A DNA stretch of 63,166 bases, counting the filler, from Platydemus manokwari (taxonomy: Eukaryota), in assembly GCA_037951405.1 (NCBI GenBank). It is 6 parts of 6 records of this genome, joined end to end, with 100 filler letters (N's around TTAATTAATTAA, not from the genome) between each part and the next. Parts side by side here need not be neighbours in the genome. Positions count along the whole stretch, not along the records: positions 1 to 11,699 come from JBBMOY010512220.1; positions 11,800 to 22,980 come from JBBMOY010853311.1; 4 more parts are not named here. One strand, written 5' to 3'. The notes below the pieces were generated by a model. That model worked only from the letters and a program-made list of their open reading frames with translations. It searched no databases and was not told the origin of the DNA. Positions 1-13,879 of the stretch are shown here, one piece after another (positions within the stretch are counted from its first letter, which is position 1; the number at the start of each line of letters is the position of its first letter). A program made the translations under genes and the position numbers.

Positions 1-868
1 AATTTAATTTAAATTTTAAAAATATTTTAATTTAAATTTTAAAAATATTTTAATTTAAATTTTAAGCCTCACAATTATTTTTCTCTAAAATTATTGGCTT
101 TTAAAATCGATTTTCACATAGTTTTGCTTTTTTAATGTTGGAATTTTTTGTTATTAATTCTTCTTATATTAATATTCATTTGATGATCTTTGTTTATTTT
201 TTCCATATTTTTTAAATTCACTATTTTTCAATTATTATTTTCAAGCCTAATAATTTCTTTATATTTTTAGGTATTACTTTTTTGGTTATTTTTGGATTTT
301 ATTTTTAGATGGCATCTATTTTCAATTTTATCGACTACCATTTTTTGAAAAAATTTCATATTTTATTATTATCATCGGGGATTGTTTATTTTTTAAATTA
401 TATTTTCACAATCTTATGTTTTGTTAATACATGGGTGTGAGTTCATTGGTTTTGACAGTCACTGAGATAAAATTATATCCATAAATAACACAAATTTTTG
501 AAAGTTTATTATTGTAATTTGGTTGGCAAATTATCACACCCATAGATACACAAACCATAATATATCACGTTATCAGTTACTAAAGGTCAATCTGTTAAAT
601 ATCTCATTGTTAACCACTTAAGCATCTCGAACGAGACCCACTCGCGCATCAAATGTGTCCCAATTTGTGCTATCCCGAGTACCTCTCGTCATTCATAAAT
701 ATTTTATTTATATTTTTATCTGGAACGATATCTTCTCGCCCGTTAGTATTTCAAAGAGCTTAGTGTATATTTATTGTATGCTCGTTCGAATTTAGTTTTA
801 CAGTTCGTATGATTTTTATCTAGAATGTGCAGCAAGTGTTTGTTGTTAACGTTTTAATCTCAACGATT

Positions 869-949
869 AATCTATACCTACTATTGATAAACATACACAC
901 ACATACACACACATTTATGGTGTGTGTTTATCAATAGTGGGTATAGATT
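869..949. repeat. Short inverted repeat/hairpin (arms about 28 bp, CA-rich loop)
   Basis: AATCTATACCTACTATTGATAAACATAC pairs with GTGTGTTTATCAATAGTGGGTATAGATT. Confidence 0.9.
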
Positions 950-1407
950 GATATATAGATAAATATTTTAGTGAATTTCATTAATTATTAAAATATTCGA
1001 AATTGATTACGACAAAAAAATGTATTTCTTGGCCACATTGATAATATTCCAATACCCATGAGTATTTCTAAAAGTTTGGTACCATTGTATTTGGAAAAAT
1101 TTGAAGATTATATTGTTTATCACTTTCATTTGAAACAGATTTTAAGTACTAAGAAAAAATGTTTTTTATAAAATGTTTTTGTTTTGTTTTGATTTTGAAA
1201 TCGGTTTGTAAACATTTTTGTGGAAATTTGGCAGAAAAAATATGTTATGAAAACAAAACAAAAAAATTTACATAATTACTGTTCCTATTTTGATTTGAAA
1301 GAGAATGGGGAAGATGTTTAAAAATTTGCTTTTGTTTTCAAGATAATATTAAATTTATTCAATAAAAAAACAAGGAATATTTGTTACCGTTCTGTTTTAT
1401 TAATTAG

Positions 1408-1523
1408 CAAAACAAATGGGATTACCGAATCTCAACAAGAATATTCGTTTAACAGGCAGATATGCAAATGATGACCCTCCAGAAATATCGAAAGAGCAAC
1501 TGAAAAAATCTTTTGATTCGTAA
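1408..1523 (+). CDS. Putative terminal coding exon of an unidentified gene
   Basis: A TTAATTAG acceptor is followed by the open frame KQMGLPNLNKNIRLTGRYANDDPPEISKEQLKKSFDS*, with locally higher GC and then AAT-rich UTR-like sequence. No family recognised. Confidence 0.3.
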
Positions 1524-4500
1524 CTATAATAGTAATAATAATAATAACAATCACAGTAATTATTCAATATCATTTATTTCACGAAAACTGTAAAAATAAT
1601 TTTTTATGAATAACCATAATAATCAATTTTAATTCATAATTATAATTTTTATTGTTTTGTCGAACCAGTTTGTTATTTTAATATTTTCATTGATTAAACT
1701 TTGATGAGACTTTTTCCGAGTTTATTATTCATAATTAAAATCAAATTGTGTTTGTTTAAATTATTTAATTTTGTAAAGATAATATTTTAAAAATAGTTAT
1801 ATCAAATATCCAATATTATTATTTTTATTTATTTATTATGTTGTTAATTGATGTTTTTTTTATTTATTTTTAATCGATGGTTTTGATTTCATTTCGTACG
1901 ATTTTGTTTTTGTCAATTTGAGAACGAATAAAATATTATTTCACAACTTTTACATTTGTTTGTTTAAATTGAAGGAATGAGCTTCAATGAAATTACATTT
2001 TTGTCTCGGAGAATCGTCAATTATTAATAGAATTTTATAACCTAACTTGATGTGGGTTTAATAAGTAGTGATTGAATGTCGGTTATTAAATAATTTAGTT
2101 ATATAAAAATCTATTGTAATAAAATTATATTAATTTGTTTATATAATTATATTTTATTACATATTCATGTGTCGTGTCTTTTCATATCGTTTTCGATGCA
2201 TGTTCTAATAAAGCCGCTTACAATATCTGTTTAAAATTTGTTGAAATGCAATCATAAAGTGATCTAATAATAAATCCTGGGACAAATATGAAGCTTCTCA
2301 GAAAATAGTGTTCGTAGTAAATAAAATATAAATAACTTTTTATTAAATAAGTTCGAATACAACAAGATAAATAAATGAAAATAACGGTGATGAAAAGCTG
2401 TAATTTCACTTCATTTTAAAATTGATCACCTTATGTTGTTTTCTCCAGTGTATTCCGATTTAGGAAAGTGAATTATCGGCAAGCAGATTATGGAAAGATC
2501 GGTGCATTCTTTATTGTTAACATAAATATTACAAACCGCAGAAAATAAATTAATATTATCTTTCATAATGAAATTTCCAAGCGGTATTTATGAAATTTAG
2601 TAATTGAATTATTTCGTTGGTTGATAGTCCTTTGTCATCTTTAATTGAAAGTTTATCTGTTTGGGAAAATTATTGTCAAAATTCAAATGATAACTTAGTG
2701 CTGTGAACTGTAATGTTTAATTTCATTGATGACAATGATGTGCGATCGTTCATTGAAATTGCTACATTTATGTCGTTTTTCTTCTCCATCTTATGGACTA
2801 CCACTGTGACCTGGGTTTTGCACGTATCTTCGATAATTAAACAAGTACTTCGACTACTTGTCTTATTTATTGGTAGCGTAGATTCGTAACTTGATCGATA
2901 ATTAATTGATTTTAAATGTTGATTCAGAATTGAAGAATTTAGTCATAAGTAAATTCATTATGCCTTCTCATTTATTTTTATTTTTTAATTAACTTCCATC
3001 AGATTTTAATAAATTTTTATAAGTACTTTAGTCAACTGAGTTAATATCGTTGTTATATTTCGCAATAGAATTATGGTAATTTACCGATATTTTTGGATGT
3101 TCCGAAACAACTAGAAAATGTTCTATTATTTTAACTTGAATTTTATTAATTAGAAGTTATATTTGACCAAAATTAATAAATTAAAATTCACGTTCAATAA
3201 ATGTGTTCGCTTTTATTGTAGGGGTTCTCGGGACTTGGTGAACACAGACAAACTATATAGTCTTAAAAAAATTAGTGATGAATAAGAAAATGATAAATAA
3301 AATAGCTCTTCCTTGCATAAAGTCGAATATAAATGCGAGCTATCTGCAATGGAGGTACCACACGAGAAGGGGACAGCAACAAAGACAGCTTTAAAAATAG
3401 GGGAAGAGGATATCCAAGACAATATCGACTGGATGGCGGAGACAGAATTGATTGAAATATTGAATTGATTGTATGATTGGACTAGCGAACTGTGATTAAT
3501 GGAATTTTCGAAAGAAAGAACCATGTACATCCCATATTTTAATGTATATGGATCTCTAATATCAATTTTCATGAATAAATATTAGTAAACATCATGAATC
3601 AAGTTAGGTCGAAGACACCATAATAGAAGGTCAAAAATCCCGACGGATCAAGTACCAAACGAAGAAATAGATTTACAAATTTATTGACATTAGAATAGTA
3701 GTTTCTCCCAAGAGCCAACTCGTTTAATATTTTTAAATTCCTGTGTTTCAATCGACGTTTCGAGCATCGACTTTTATTTGTTAAGACTACTGTATCTTGA
3801 GAATTTTCATTGGAAATTTTCCTTATTTTACTGATATTATTGGCCCATGTAAATAAGTTTTTTCGTTGACATACCTTCAAGTCAAATCAAAGAGTTTTTA
3901 TTTAAATGTCTTTGATTAGCTAATGGAATCGGGTGTGTTACTTAACGGTGTCCATAACATAGCTGACCAAAACCCAATAAATTAAGACAAATGAGATTAT
4001 ATAGCTTGATAAAGTTGATAATAATGTTATTACTCAGATTTTTATTCATTTCTAATCACCAAATTAATTTTTTCAATTATCCATAATGATTAGAAAATCA
4101 AGAACAAATCGAAAATATTATTTTGGCATCTCATAGAGATAATAATAATTTTTCTTCTAATATTTGGAATGCTTATGGTAAATTAATTTTTGCATTTGAA
4201 TATCAGATTGTCAGGTTTTAATTTTTGTTTTCCGTTGACACATTTGTTCCTGACTCTATATTTAGTAATATTATTAGCAAAACTACTGTGACTTTTCAAT
4301 GGTTTACTGTCTACACTTTTGAAGAGTATGTGTTTTGGAGTCGATTTAAATGTTTTATTTAAACAAAAGTATTCTCGTTTTTATGAAAAATTATTTGGTG
4401 GTGTTATATATACATAGTTACATTTAAAAAATATATAATTAAACATCGTAATAGATAATTAATTAAATTAATTAATTATTTATACTAAATATATTTTTAT

Positions 4501-5559
4501 ATATGAAACTCATACTGGAAAAGTTTTGTCAATTTTAGTTCTGATGATGCCATGAAAGATTAATTATAAATTTTATTTTAAGACTAAAAAGTAAAATGAT
4601 TTCAACTTTGTTTCTGATTAAGTTAATTAAATCTTGTATGAAAACATCTGGCGTAATGATTTTATCTCATAAGCATTAAATTTGACGTCAATGTAAATTT
4701 ATTCTTATTTTAAGCCGTTTTGGAATATTTTCATAATAGTTTGATTACTTTAAACTTATTAGCTGAGCAAAAATCGCATTGTCTTTCCAATTTAATATTA
4801 AAGAGAATTTCCAACCAATTAAATGGGTTATTATTGCTTTATTCGTAGTTCTCTAGGTTTGTCAATAGCGCACAACATCTATTGAATGTTAACAGAATCA
4901 TTGTATTCATTTTGTGATAACGATATTTGTTATTGTTGTCCATAATTGTGTTCCCTTATATATTAATGATTATGTTCATAGATTTTGAACTAATCTTCCT
5001 AAAAACTGAGTCAGATCAATTCGAAACTATTATAGAATTTAAACCATTATTGATAAAAAGACAACCGAGTTATTTCTATAAACAATTTTGCACATTTAGC
5101 GATTTTCTAGCCGAATATTTTTATCTTTATACGCATATTTCACATCATACCACCTGAGAGTGTTTTTGTCTTGATTGAAATTCATAAATCGAAATTGAAA
5201 GTTTTCTATCAATGGAAACTATTATACAATCGACATAATATCAATAAATCAACAAAGGATAAACATTACTTTGAATTATTTTACGGTATTAAAATTTATG
5301 TGCTAAGTTCGTTTACTTTGGGTATCGTCAAACATGATAAATATAATAATTGTCGTAAACTACCACAATATAAATCAATTACAGTACTATTCCGTTTAGG
5401 GACATTTTATTCAGGCATTTTACATCGAGTTTTGAAACCATGTTATAATTTTAGCTGATCACATTATAACTCGATTTTATTTGTTATATCAACGCAGTGC
5501 TAGGTTGTCTAAGAGACAATGATGATAAATGTTGAGTAGAGACCAAATCTTACAAAAGA

Positions 5560-5830
5560 AAAACGATTTTGCACTTTCGAACCGTTTTAGCTTTTGCATA
5601 CTTACACAACCCTGCAGGCATAGCAACCAACCAATGACATCTGACTTAAATAAAAATTCATAATTATAAAAATCGACTTAACTACACCGTAACACACACA
5701 TAGGGATTGATACATCCCGAACACACAAAATCAGTAAATCCGATTTAAACTTGCGAAGTAAAAGTTACACATATTCTCAAATATAAATACTGACGTAAAG
5801 ATGCCAAATTCATAGGTGGAAGCCAAGTTT
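5560..5830 (+). repeat. Dispersed repeat family copy A
   Basis: Shares reverse-complement blocks (AAAACGATTTTGCA, TACACAACC, CATAGCAACCAACCAAT, GACTTAAAT, ACACAAAATCAGTAAA) with 14940-15175 and 61800-62125. Confidence 0.75.
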
Positions 5831-6499
5831 TATGTTGTTGTTTTATATTGATTTATGGAATTTTTGTTGCAATTTAGAGTCATTTTGGATTCATATTGTT
5901 TAGTACGCTTTAGCGACATATGCATGTATACATTCTTTTAAACCCCAACATAAACATTCTATTAACCATTCATAACGAAATACATATTATTATTGTTCTT
6001 TACAAAGTTATTAATCTGCCGTCATAGAGAATATTTATGTAGAGGTCATTTAAGAACATCTATAGACCACTAATATTGAATTTCTCTTCTCATCTGTCGA
6101 AGCCAATGATTAAAAACAGTATTATTTTCAAGCATGTCAAACATTTTCTTTATCTATGTATATAAATTGAGTGATATATCTTTTGCTGATTAATATCATC
6201 TCTTCCGTATTTATATACCCATGCCTGATGTTTGCAGAATGGATTATAATCGAGTTTTATTCCATGTGATGCTTTATAAATAAAAATCTAAAAGGACGAG
6301 ACGGGCCATTAATAGAAAAATTCAACTATAGATAAATAATAGAAAATTGTGACAATGCTTTTTTAAAAATTGGTATTTGTAATCCTGAATTTGTCAAAAA
6401 ATAATTCATATTATAATAAATATTTTACAACGCAAATTATTTGATTATACGAATAGATTATTCTGATGGAAAAAAATAATCAAATAGCTATAATATTAT

Positions 6500-6960
6500 C
6501 TTGAATAATAATAAAAAGCCTTGATTTAATGGAAGATCCTCAGGAAGAGATTACTGATGAAACAATAAGACGTGGAAAAAATTTCCGTAATGATGAGAAA
6601 TTAAAAGATCAGATAATGGAATAGCATAATGGAATATAACATCCGAATTAGCGGTGGATTAAAATAAATGTAAGCAGAATAATAGCAACGATAAAAATAT
6701 ATTTATGTTATGAAGAGATCATAAGTAACAAATACGAATAATGTACCCTAATTTTAGGCGTAAGAGGTAATAAAAAACAACTTCTTTTACGATCACAAAA
6801 TAGACATTTTGTGTTTGGTTGTATGTTGTGGCCATGAATCCCATTAAGAGATTTCACAAACTTTTCCATCCAACAATATCGGTTAAAAGCTCCAATTCAT
6901 GATTGTTTAACTTGGTATCTTTCTAGATTCGATCTTATTGCTACCATAATCAACTTTATT
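6500..6960 (+). mobile_element. Degenerate LTR-retrotransposon integrase remnant
   Basis: KLKDQIME*HNGI*HP resembles the H2C2 zinc-binding start, and IHDCLTWYLSRF resembles the core ..W+..FG.P segment. Highly decayed. Confidence 0.3.
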
Positions 6961-9900
6961 CCGAACTAAAAAATTATTCCAGCGGTCTCAATTTCATTTT
7001 GCTTCAATCTGCTGATAGGTCCTTCACAAATCATTATTAATAAATTGAATTTTTATTTAATATTATTATGATTTTACACTGTCTCATATTAATAAATATG
7101 GTAAATAAAACACACCTTTTTATACCATCGATTTATTACTTTACCAAACGTTTTTCTTTATAATTTATCGTTTAATTTTACTTTCTTTCGATTATATATC
7201 GTGGTTGAATTTTTATGTTTGCATTCTATCATTCCAAAGCTATTGAAGGAGCTTATTTGGAGTATTATTTCATTCGATCCCAACTAAAGATTGGTCACAT
7301 TTAACTTTATGATTTTTGTACAAGCATAATTATCCTCTGGTTATAAATAATTAGTAACAAATGATTCGTAAAAATAACACCAAAGAAGGTTAAATTCTGA
7401 AAATAGATCCAAAGGTCAAAGCCATTTTTAAAGAGTAAGTTTAGCAAGAATGACCTTATCTTTGTAAATAAGTACTTTGAGAATAGCAAATTTATTTTCT
7501 AAATGCTTTATCTCAATGGTTTAATCTTCGTGATTTCATTGGCTTTCTCTTTTGATAAAGGTTTTCATGTTGTGTTTCATTTAAATGTAATTATTATCGT
7601 TTATTATAGTTGTATTATAAATACTATTATTTGCTCTTTCGTTATAAATTATTTCATATTATTATTGCGATTAAGAATTATAGAAATATCAGAAATTCCT
7701 TCATATTGCATATTTCTTTTATATATTGAAATCCATTAATGAATACAAAAGATCTTTGTTCTTATACTGTATAACTGAAATGAAAATTACTTTATTCAGA
7801 TAGAAAATCAATCTCGTAAGAATCGGAGCCATTAAGATATTTTTTTATAATTTATTTTGTTGTTAAATGTTTTATTCAACAAAATGTGGTTAATAATATT
7901 AATAATATATTATTACAATTACTATTATTATTATCATTATTATTATTATTGTTGTTGTTGTTCTAATTTTTAATCCATTAAGGCTCACAAATCGATAATT
8001 GCAACGGTCAGTTTAATCATCCGTGACAGACCTAACTTTGTTTTTAATAACATGTCCTTGTATCTATATAGTTCATATCTCTACTCAGTAGTATAAGTTT
8101 ATACACTATGAAATACATAATATCAAGAGTATTTAAAGAATGATCTAAAAGTATCACACCATCAATATAATTATGAATTAAAGTTATATTCATGGAGTTC
8201 TATTTTTTATCCTGTTAATGATTAAAATAAACAACGATATCTTGTCGGTAATTTTAATAATAAATTTAAAAGTGTATCTGATATGTGGTCGAATTTATTC
8301 CATCAGTAATTGACCTTCAACAGTGATTAAATTGTAGATTGCGTGATTCTATATAAATGGATGAGCATTATAACTAAAATAACTGAGACTGAAACTATAT
8401 TGTATTCATAATATTACACATGGGTGATGTGAGATTTTTTCTGTTTCAAATAGAATGTTCTAAAGACTATCAATATTCAGTGTTGGAAACTATTTCCATG
8501 CAACTCTGATCAGAAAAGAAGAACAGAGGAATCTTGATTTTAAAAAGAATTTCAAACGCTCTACCCTTTTGAGGGTTGCTATTAAATTCGATAACAGAAA
8601 TTTATTCATTATTCCTTGATTTACGTCAATAAAATATTTACGCCTTGTAGCCAATAAGCTAGATTGTTAAAGTCGTTACATTAACATAATATTGATTAAG
8701 TTATGTTCATTCGTTGATGATTTTAATGACTTAAATGTCATTGTTACATTTCATACCGTTAATTGCTGACTTTTTAATATTTCCAAACATATATTACAAC
8801 TAAAAGGGTTGCGAAAAGACATTGGATTTTTATCAAATATATTAACTACCGTGATAATAAAATGAACTCAATCAAGTGAAATTATTTAAAAATTAATACA
8901 GAAATGAATGAACTGAAAGCTAAGGCAAGTTAATAATAAAATATATTATAAGCACACAACAAATACAATACAGAAAATCCGAGTAATTTTTTACACTGAT
9001 AATCTGGAATTGCGATTAAAACGAAAGTTTATAATTTCTCAGTATCTTGAGTAAATCTTATCACAAGGATGTTGATTATATAAGAAATATAGGTTTATAA
9101 ATAAATGTGATAACTAAGAAAATTTATTCAATATAACGCATCGGCAATATGGCAAAAACACATGAGCTCTGACTGATTAACAATTGAATTCTGACTTGCA
9201 AACAACAGTAGTGATGGATTAATAGTAAAATTCCACCTAGACTCTCAGACAGTGCTTCAATAGTAAATGGGTTACTGAGTTATTCACAAAGAAAAATTCA
9301 GAAAAACTTTCTCATTATAAATATTATAATTGTGTGAAGTAAATTGTGATTCCCATATTGTTTTTGATTATTTTAAATGTCGGGAAATTTTTATTTCTAC
9401 TTGGAATGCTAGATTTTATTGCATTGGTTCATTTAGTGGTGCTATTTTCCTTTAGAGTTTATTTCTCATAAAATTGTTACACAAATATAAAATCTTTAAA
9501 ATTTTAGACTAAGATAAAAAATATAATTTTCCAAATCAAATAATAGATAAAATAAAAATTTCTGCAGCATTTTCCGATTAATAAAAATTAATACATCGTT
9601 TTCTTAATCGATTATACTTTTATACTTCGGAAATAAAAATACATAAATCATATTCTTAATTTTTAATTAAATGAGCCAATAATTGATAGCTGGCAAAATT
9701 GTCGGGTCCCATACGGATTAAATGCTAAGAAGTAGATTATTGAGAGAAAAGCGTTACTCAAGGTACCCAATGCTATGATATATCTTGATATAATCATAAT
9801 TTCAGATAATATTAGATTATAGTGTACATATTAAGAATATGGATGCGGACTGGCATGAAGATTAAACTAACAATGTATGATTTAGTAAAGCCTTATATGA

Positions 9901-10259
9901 TGTGTATTGAAGAGAGGAATGAAATAATTTAAAAATTGAACTTTGAAAAGTACATATCGGAACATGGGTAAGGCATTTCAGTTAATTATGTTACCAGGTA
10001 ATGTGCAATTTAGTGGATTTAGTTCAACAGTGAGACTGAGAAAATGGCTATGTGACAGCCGATGTCAGCCTAAGAATAAAGAAATAAGAGAAAAATTTGT
10101 ATCATCATAAAAAAAAGAAAATTTAGTTATTATGTTTAGAAATTAAATCACAATTTGTAGAATAGAAAGGTAATCCATGGAAAATATTATCTTTCTACTC
10201 TAAATAATGGATTAACCAGATTTATCCCATAAATTCTATGTATAATCTATAATACAGAA

Positions 10260-10510
10260 ACAAGCAAAATGGTATTGGGAATCTTCATTGTTCTATTCCT
10301 GATCAATCATCCAGGATTAAACAAAACAAGTAATTATTAAATACCATAGAAAATGAAATAATTATAATAAAAATGAAAGAAAATTTGCCAGAAACATTCT
10401 TATTCAAAACTGAATTTTAAAAAATGACAAGAGTAATAAATTACTACTTGTAACATAACAAGATGTATTGTTCTGGAATAAAAAGAACAATATTTGTCAA
10501 ACAAAAGGGA
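10260..10510 (+). mobile_element. Degenerate integrase zinc-binding (H2C2) remnant
   Basis: INHPGLNKT followed by NNICQTK, resembling GHPG..KT ... C..CQ. Confidence 0.3.
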
Positions 10511-11339
10511 TTACTCATTTGTTTTTCGGGATTATTTGTTGAGATGACCAGGAGTTATTTTTAAAGCTATCGTTTTCAAGAAAGGTACTCACTAGTAGTT
10601 ACACATTAATATGCTTCATGCAAAGATCCACTGCAATCTTATTTAATATATTCGTACTTTAAATGTACATGATAAACAGACAGCAATTAACCGATAGGTT
10701 AATTTGGGATAAGTAGACAAAAGGTTTGTTTAAAACCTGGACATGAGTCGACAAAAACACACATGCACAGTAAGTATATGTGCTATCGGGTAATCACAGA
10801 TTTTTAAATTGGCATGTATGATTATTACCAATTGATATATAGTGACAAAACTGAAATAACGTTTTAATACGTCAAAGATAACGAAGAAATAAATATCAAA
10901 ATTCTTGAGACAGTTATCACAAATGGAAATCAATACCCAATAAATCAATTTATAATTTTGAATAATTCCAAATTTTTTGGTTGGTAACTTGTCTGTGTTT
11001 ATATTTTGAGGCTGAAGTCTTTACCATCTCTTTTCTTGGACTGCTAGACTTTGAATATTCAAACTTTTGATGACATTATTTTATTAGTGTGCGGACATTG
11101 ATTTATTTGTATTAGTCTAACATAAAAATTTACAGCATAATTTTCTAATAACAAACAATGGATAATAGAAATACAACACAATCAAAGATCTAAAGTTTTA
11201 CTTGATGTACCTTGCGATTCATAAGTCCCCGTCTCTAAAACTAAAATAAAACAACACTAAGAACAAACTAAAAGTATTGAGTTATTTTAATGCACAACGA
11301 AAAACAATAACAGTAAGAACAAATAACGGTAATTTCTGG

Positions 11340-11610
11340 TTGATTTGTGCCATCATTCTCTTTTACAGAATTTACCACCTTTTCTTTCATGATTTCAGCA
11401 GACGGTCTTCCCGATCACAATCTATTGGATAAGTTTCCAATTTCTTCAAACTTTTGTTTCCAGTATTGCACTGTTGTCCTAACTGGTGGTGCACGATTGA
11501 TATGCTGTTGAAATTCTTTGGCACTACTCTGGTGCACTAGTACTTGGTTAATTATAAACACTCTATCCGCAAGCGAAAATTTAACACCATCAACTGCTTC
11601 CACCATATGG
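11340..11610 (-). mobile_element. Tc1/mariner-superfamily transposase N-terminal HTH remnant
   Basis: FQQHINRAPPVRTTVQYWKQKFEEIGNLSNRL*SGRPS matches the P.R.T+..W..KF.E.G......SGRP pattern (HTH plus GRPR-like motif), with an in-frame stop. Confidence 0.7.
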
Positions 11611-11699
11611 TAATAATGGAATTGATTAATAAGAAATAAGAAATAAAGCACATTAATCAGTGAATAATAATTAATATCAATGAGTATAAATATGTGAGT

Positions 11700-11799
11700 N
11701 NNNNNNNNNNNNNNNNNNNNNNNNNNNNNNNNNNNNNNNNNNNTTAATTAATTAANNNNNNNNNNNNNNNNNNNNNNNNNNNNNNNNNNNNNNNNNNNN
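11700..11799. other. Artificial contig spacer N44-TTAATTAATTAA-N44
   Basis: The same 100-nt spacer occurs five times. The 12-mer puts TAA stops in all six frames. Confidence 0.97.
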
Positions 11800-11939
11800 T
11801 GTCTAGAATAAATTGAAATACTTCATTTCATGTAAAATATTTTATTTTTTTTCATTAGATTATTTATATCTTCGATCTTTTCTATTAAAAATTCAAGAAA
11901 CATACCCTCCTTCCGGTATGATGTATTTTATATTTTATC

Positions 11940-12240
11940 TAATGATATATAACTCCTATTTTCGAGAGATTTTGAAGAGTATTTTTTAAGAATTTTATTA
12001 TTTTTATATTTATTTAAAAATCATAATTTTATTAAAATACAATTTATTAAATTAAATAAATTATTATGACCACCTTTGAGGCTGGTATTTTTTTTAAAAT
12101 CAACAAATAATTGTATTGGATTTTCTACAATACTTCGATTACATAACTTTTGTAACAATTCTCTTACAGTACCATATATTTCCTCAATTAATAAAATTAT
12201 AATTTGCTCAAACATCAGTTACTGTTCGTGTTTTCGTTCC
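11940..12240 (-). mobile_element. Possible MULE transposase remnant
   Basis: EIYGTVRELLQKLC...NPIQLFVDFKK resembles the MULE segment Y..+...L......P..+..DFE. Confidence 0.35.
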
Positions 12241-12539
12241 TTGATTAATTATTATGTTGTTAAAAATACCTGAAAATTTAAAATTTCTTATGAATAGGTG
12301 TTGGAGGAAATTTTTTCAAATACTTTTCAATATCTTGAACATTTTTGTAAAATATTCCATGATGGACTGCTATGAAGTCGCTAGGTCGTATTTTTTCTTT
12401 TAATTGTCAGGTTTACTTATCTCTCATAATATTTGGAAATTGATGATGTGAGATCAAAATATTAATTTACAATTGAAATACCGATCTTTCCAGCTAGAAA
12501 AAAGAACAAGACATTCATATCTTCCAACTTTGATCTTCT

Positions 12540-13879
12540 TTTTTCTTCATGGTCTCCATTATTTTTATCTCTTGACTAACCTTTTCTCAATCCCACTTCT
12601 TCGGTCCAAACCACTTGCAATAAATGCATATTACATGTCAGGTTAATGTCTAGGGAGACCTCAATCTTTGCGCCAATTTCCTTGATAAATACCACTATTA
12701 TTAGTCCTCCATCTTCTAAATTCATCGCCAATGTTCACTGTTATATTTGACTTCCTATCTCATTTTCTTACTGGACTGTGTTTCTTATTCCAACCCCTTC
12801 ATTTTGATTGGCGGTTTTCTCTATTATCTTTCATCAATCATCACATATTCATATGACTTCCTATAGTGGGCCTTTCTTAAAGATTAGCTTTTTCTTATTT
12901 TAGAACTTCAATGTTTTCCCCTATTACTTGTTTTCCTACAAATTTATCAGGTATACGGACATCATTACTGTCTGGACAAACTCTTATAATCCCATTAAAT
13001 TTATTTTAGAATAATTTTCTGGACTTTCTCTTCAAGTCCAAAATGTCCTGGGCTAAACTTTTTGATTCTTCAAAACTGACTGATTCTTCAGTTTTGTTGT
13101 ACATTTCTCTGAAATCCTTACCATATACAATTTCCGGATTATCTAGTTTACTCTTTCTAGTTGCATGTTTACGTTCAAAGGAACCGACAATATTTACGAT
13201 CTTTGTACTTTGTTCTACCTATACGCATTTGGCACTATTCCATAATTCTCAAAAAAAGTTCTGTAGGTAACATGATGTTCCAATTATTCTTAGCTATTTA
13301 TATTAGTGCTCAAAATCACTTCATTTCTTAACCATTTTTAATTTAATAACCAATCAAATTCAACCAAATTTTAAGCACGCTATTTATTCAATAATCATCA
13401 AACTTAATGTTGGATTTCTGTGGGTTGAATAATCTCACAAGTTGTTGTTAACCTGTGAGTTGCAACTAAGTTAATGATATTTCACTCAACAACGAAACAA
13501 CTCTTTAATCAATACTTTTATTAAAAACCTATCAAAATCTTAAGACAATAATGTTTTAAGAAAGATAAACGAGGACATCTATCATTCATATAGATTTGTG
13601 AAACATAAATATAAATATTTATTATTTACACTTGATTGTCATTCTCTACACTTCACATCAGTATTCGCTAATGATCAATCTTCTTTCAATTAATCTTCGA
13701 TACTCACAATATTTGTCTTGTTATTCAACTTTAGATCTTACGTTCCTCAGTTTCTTACTCAACTGCTTGAACGTTACAATTTTCTGTGGACAACGTGCAC
13801 GTGTTTCTACTTGCGAAAGGTCACCACTTTGGTCAGTAAATTCTAGTTTTATAAAATTTCCTGGTAATGATTTTTAACA
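12540..13879 (-). mobile_element. Decayed LTR-retrotransposon gag region with a possible upstream LTR
   Basis: The minus strand near 12585-12640 reads CIYCKWFGPKKWD*, a degenerate CX2CX4HX4C zinc knuckle. It is preceded by a K/E-rich broken frame up to about 13270. The segment 13408-13879 is bounded by TGTT...AACA and has a minus-strand AATAAA. The LTR call is weak. Confidence 0.5.

Noticed and set aside
3213-3880. Two tandem minus-strand ORFs (119 and 93 aa)
   Set aside because: No recognisable motif or splice structure. Probably decayed repeat-derived sequence, which I cannot support as genes.
11744-11755. Recurrent TTAATTAATTAA as a biological motif
   Set aside because: It is always centred in N runs of fixed length, so it is an assembly linker.
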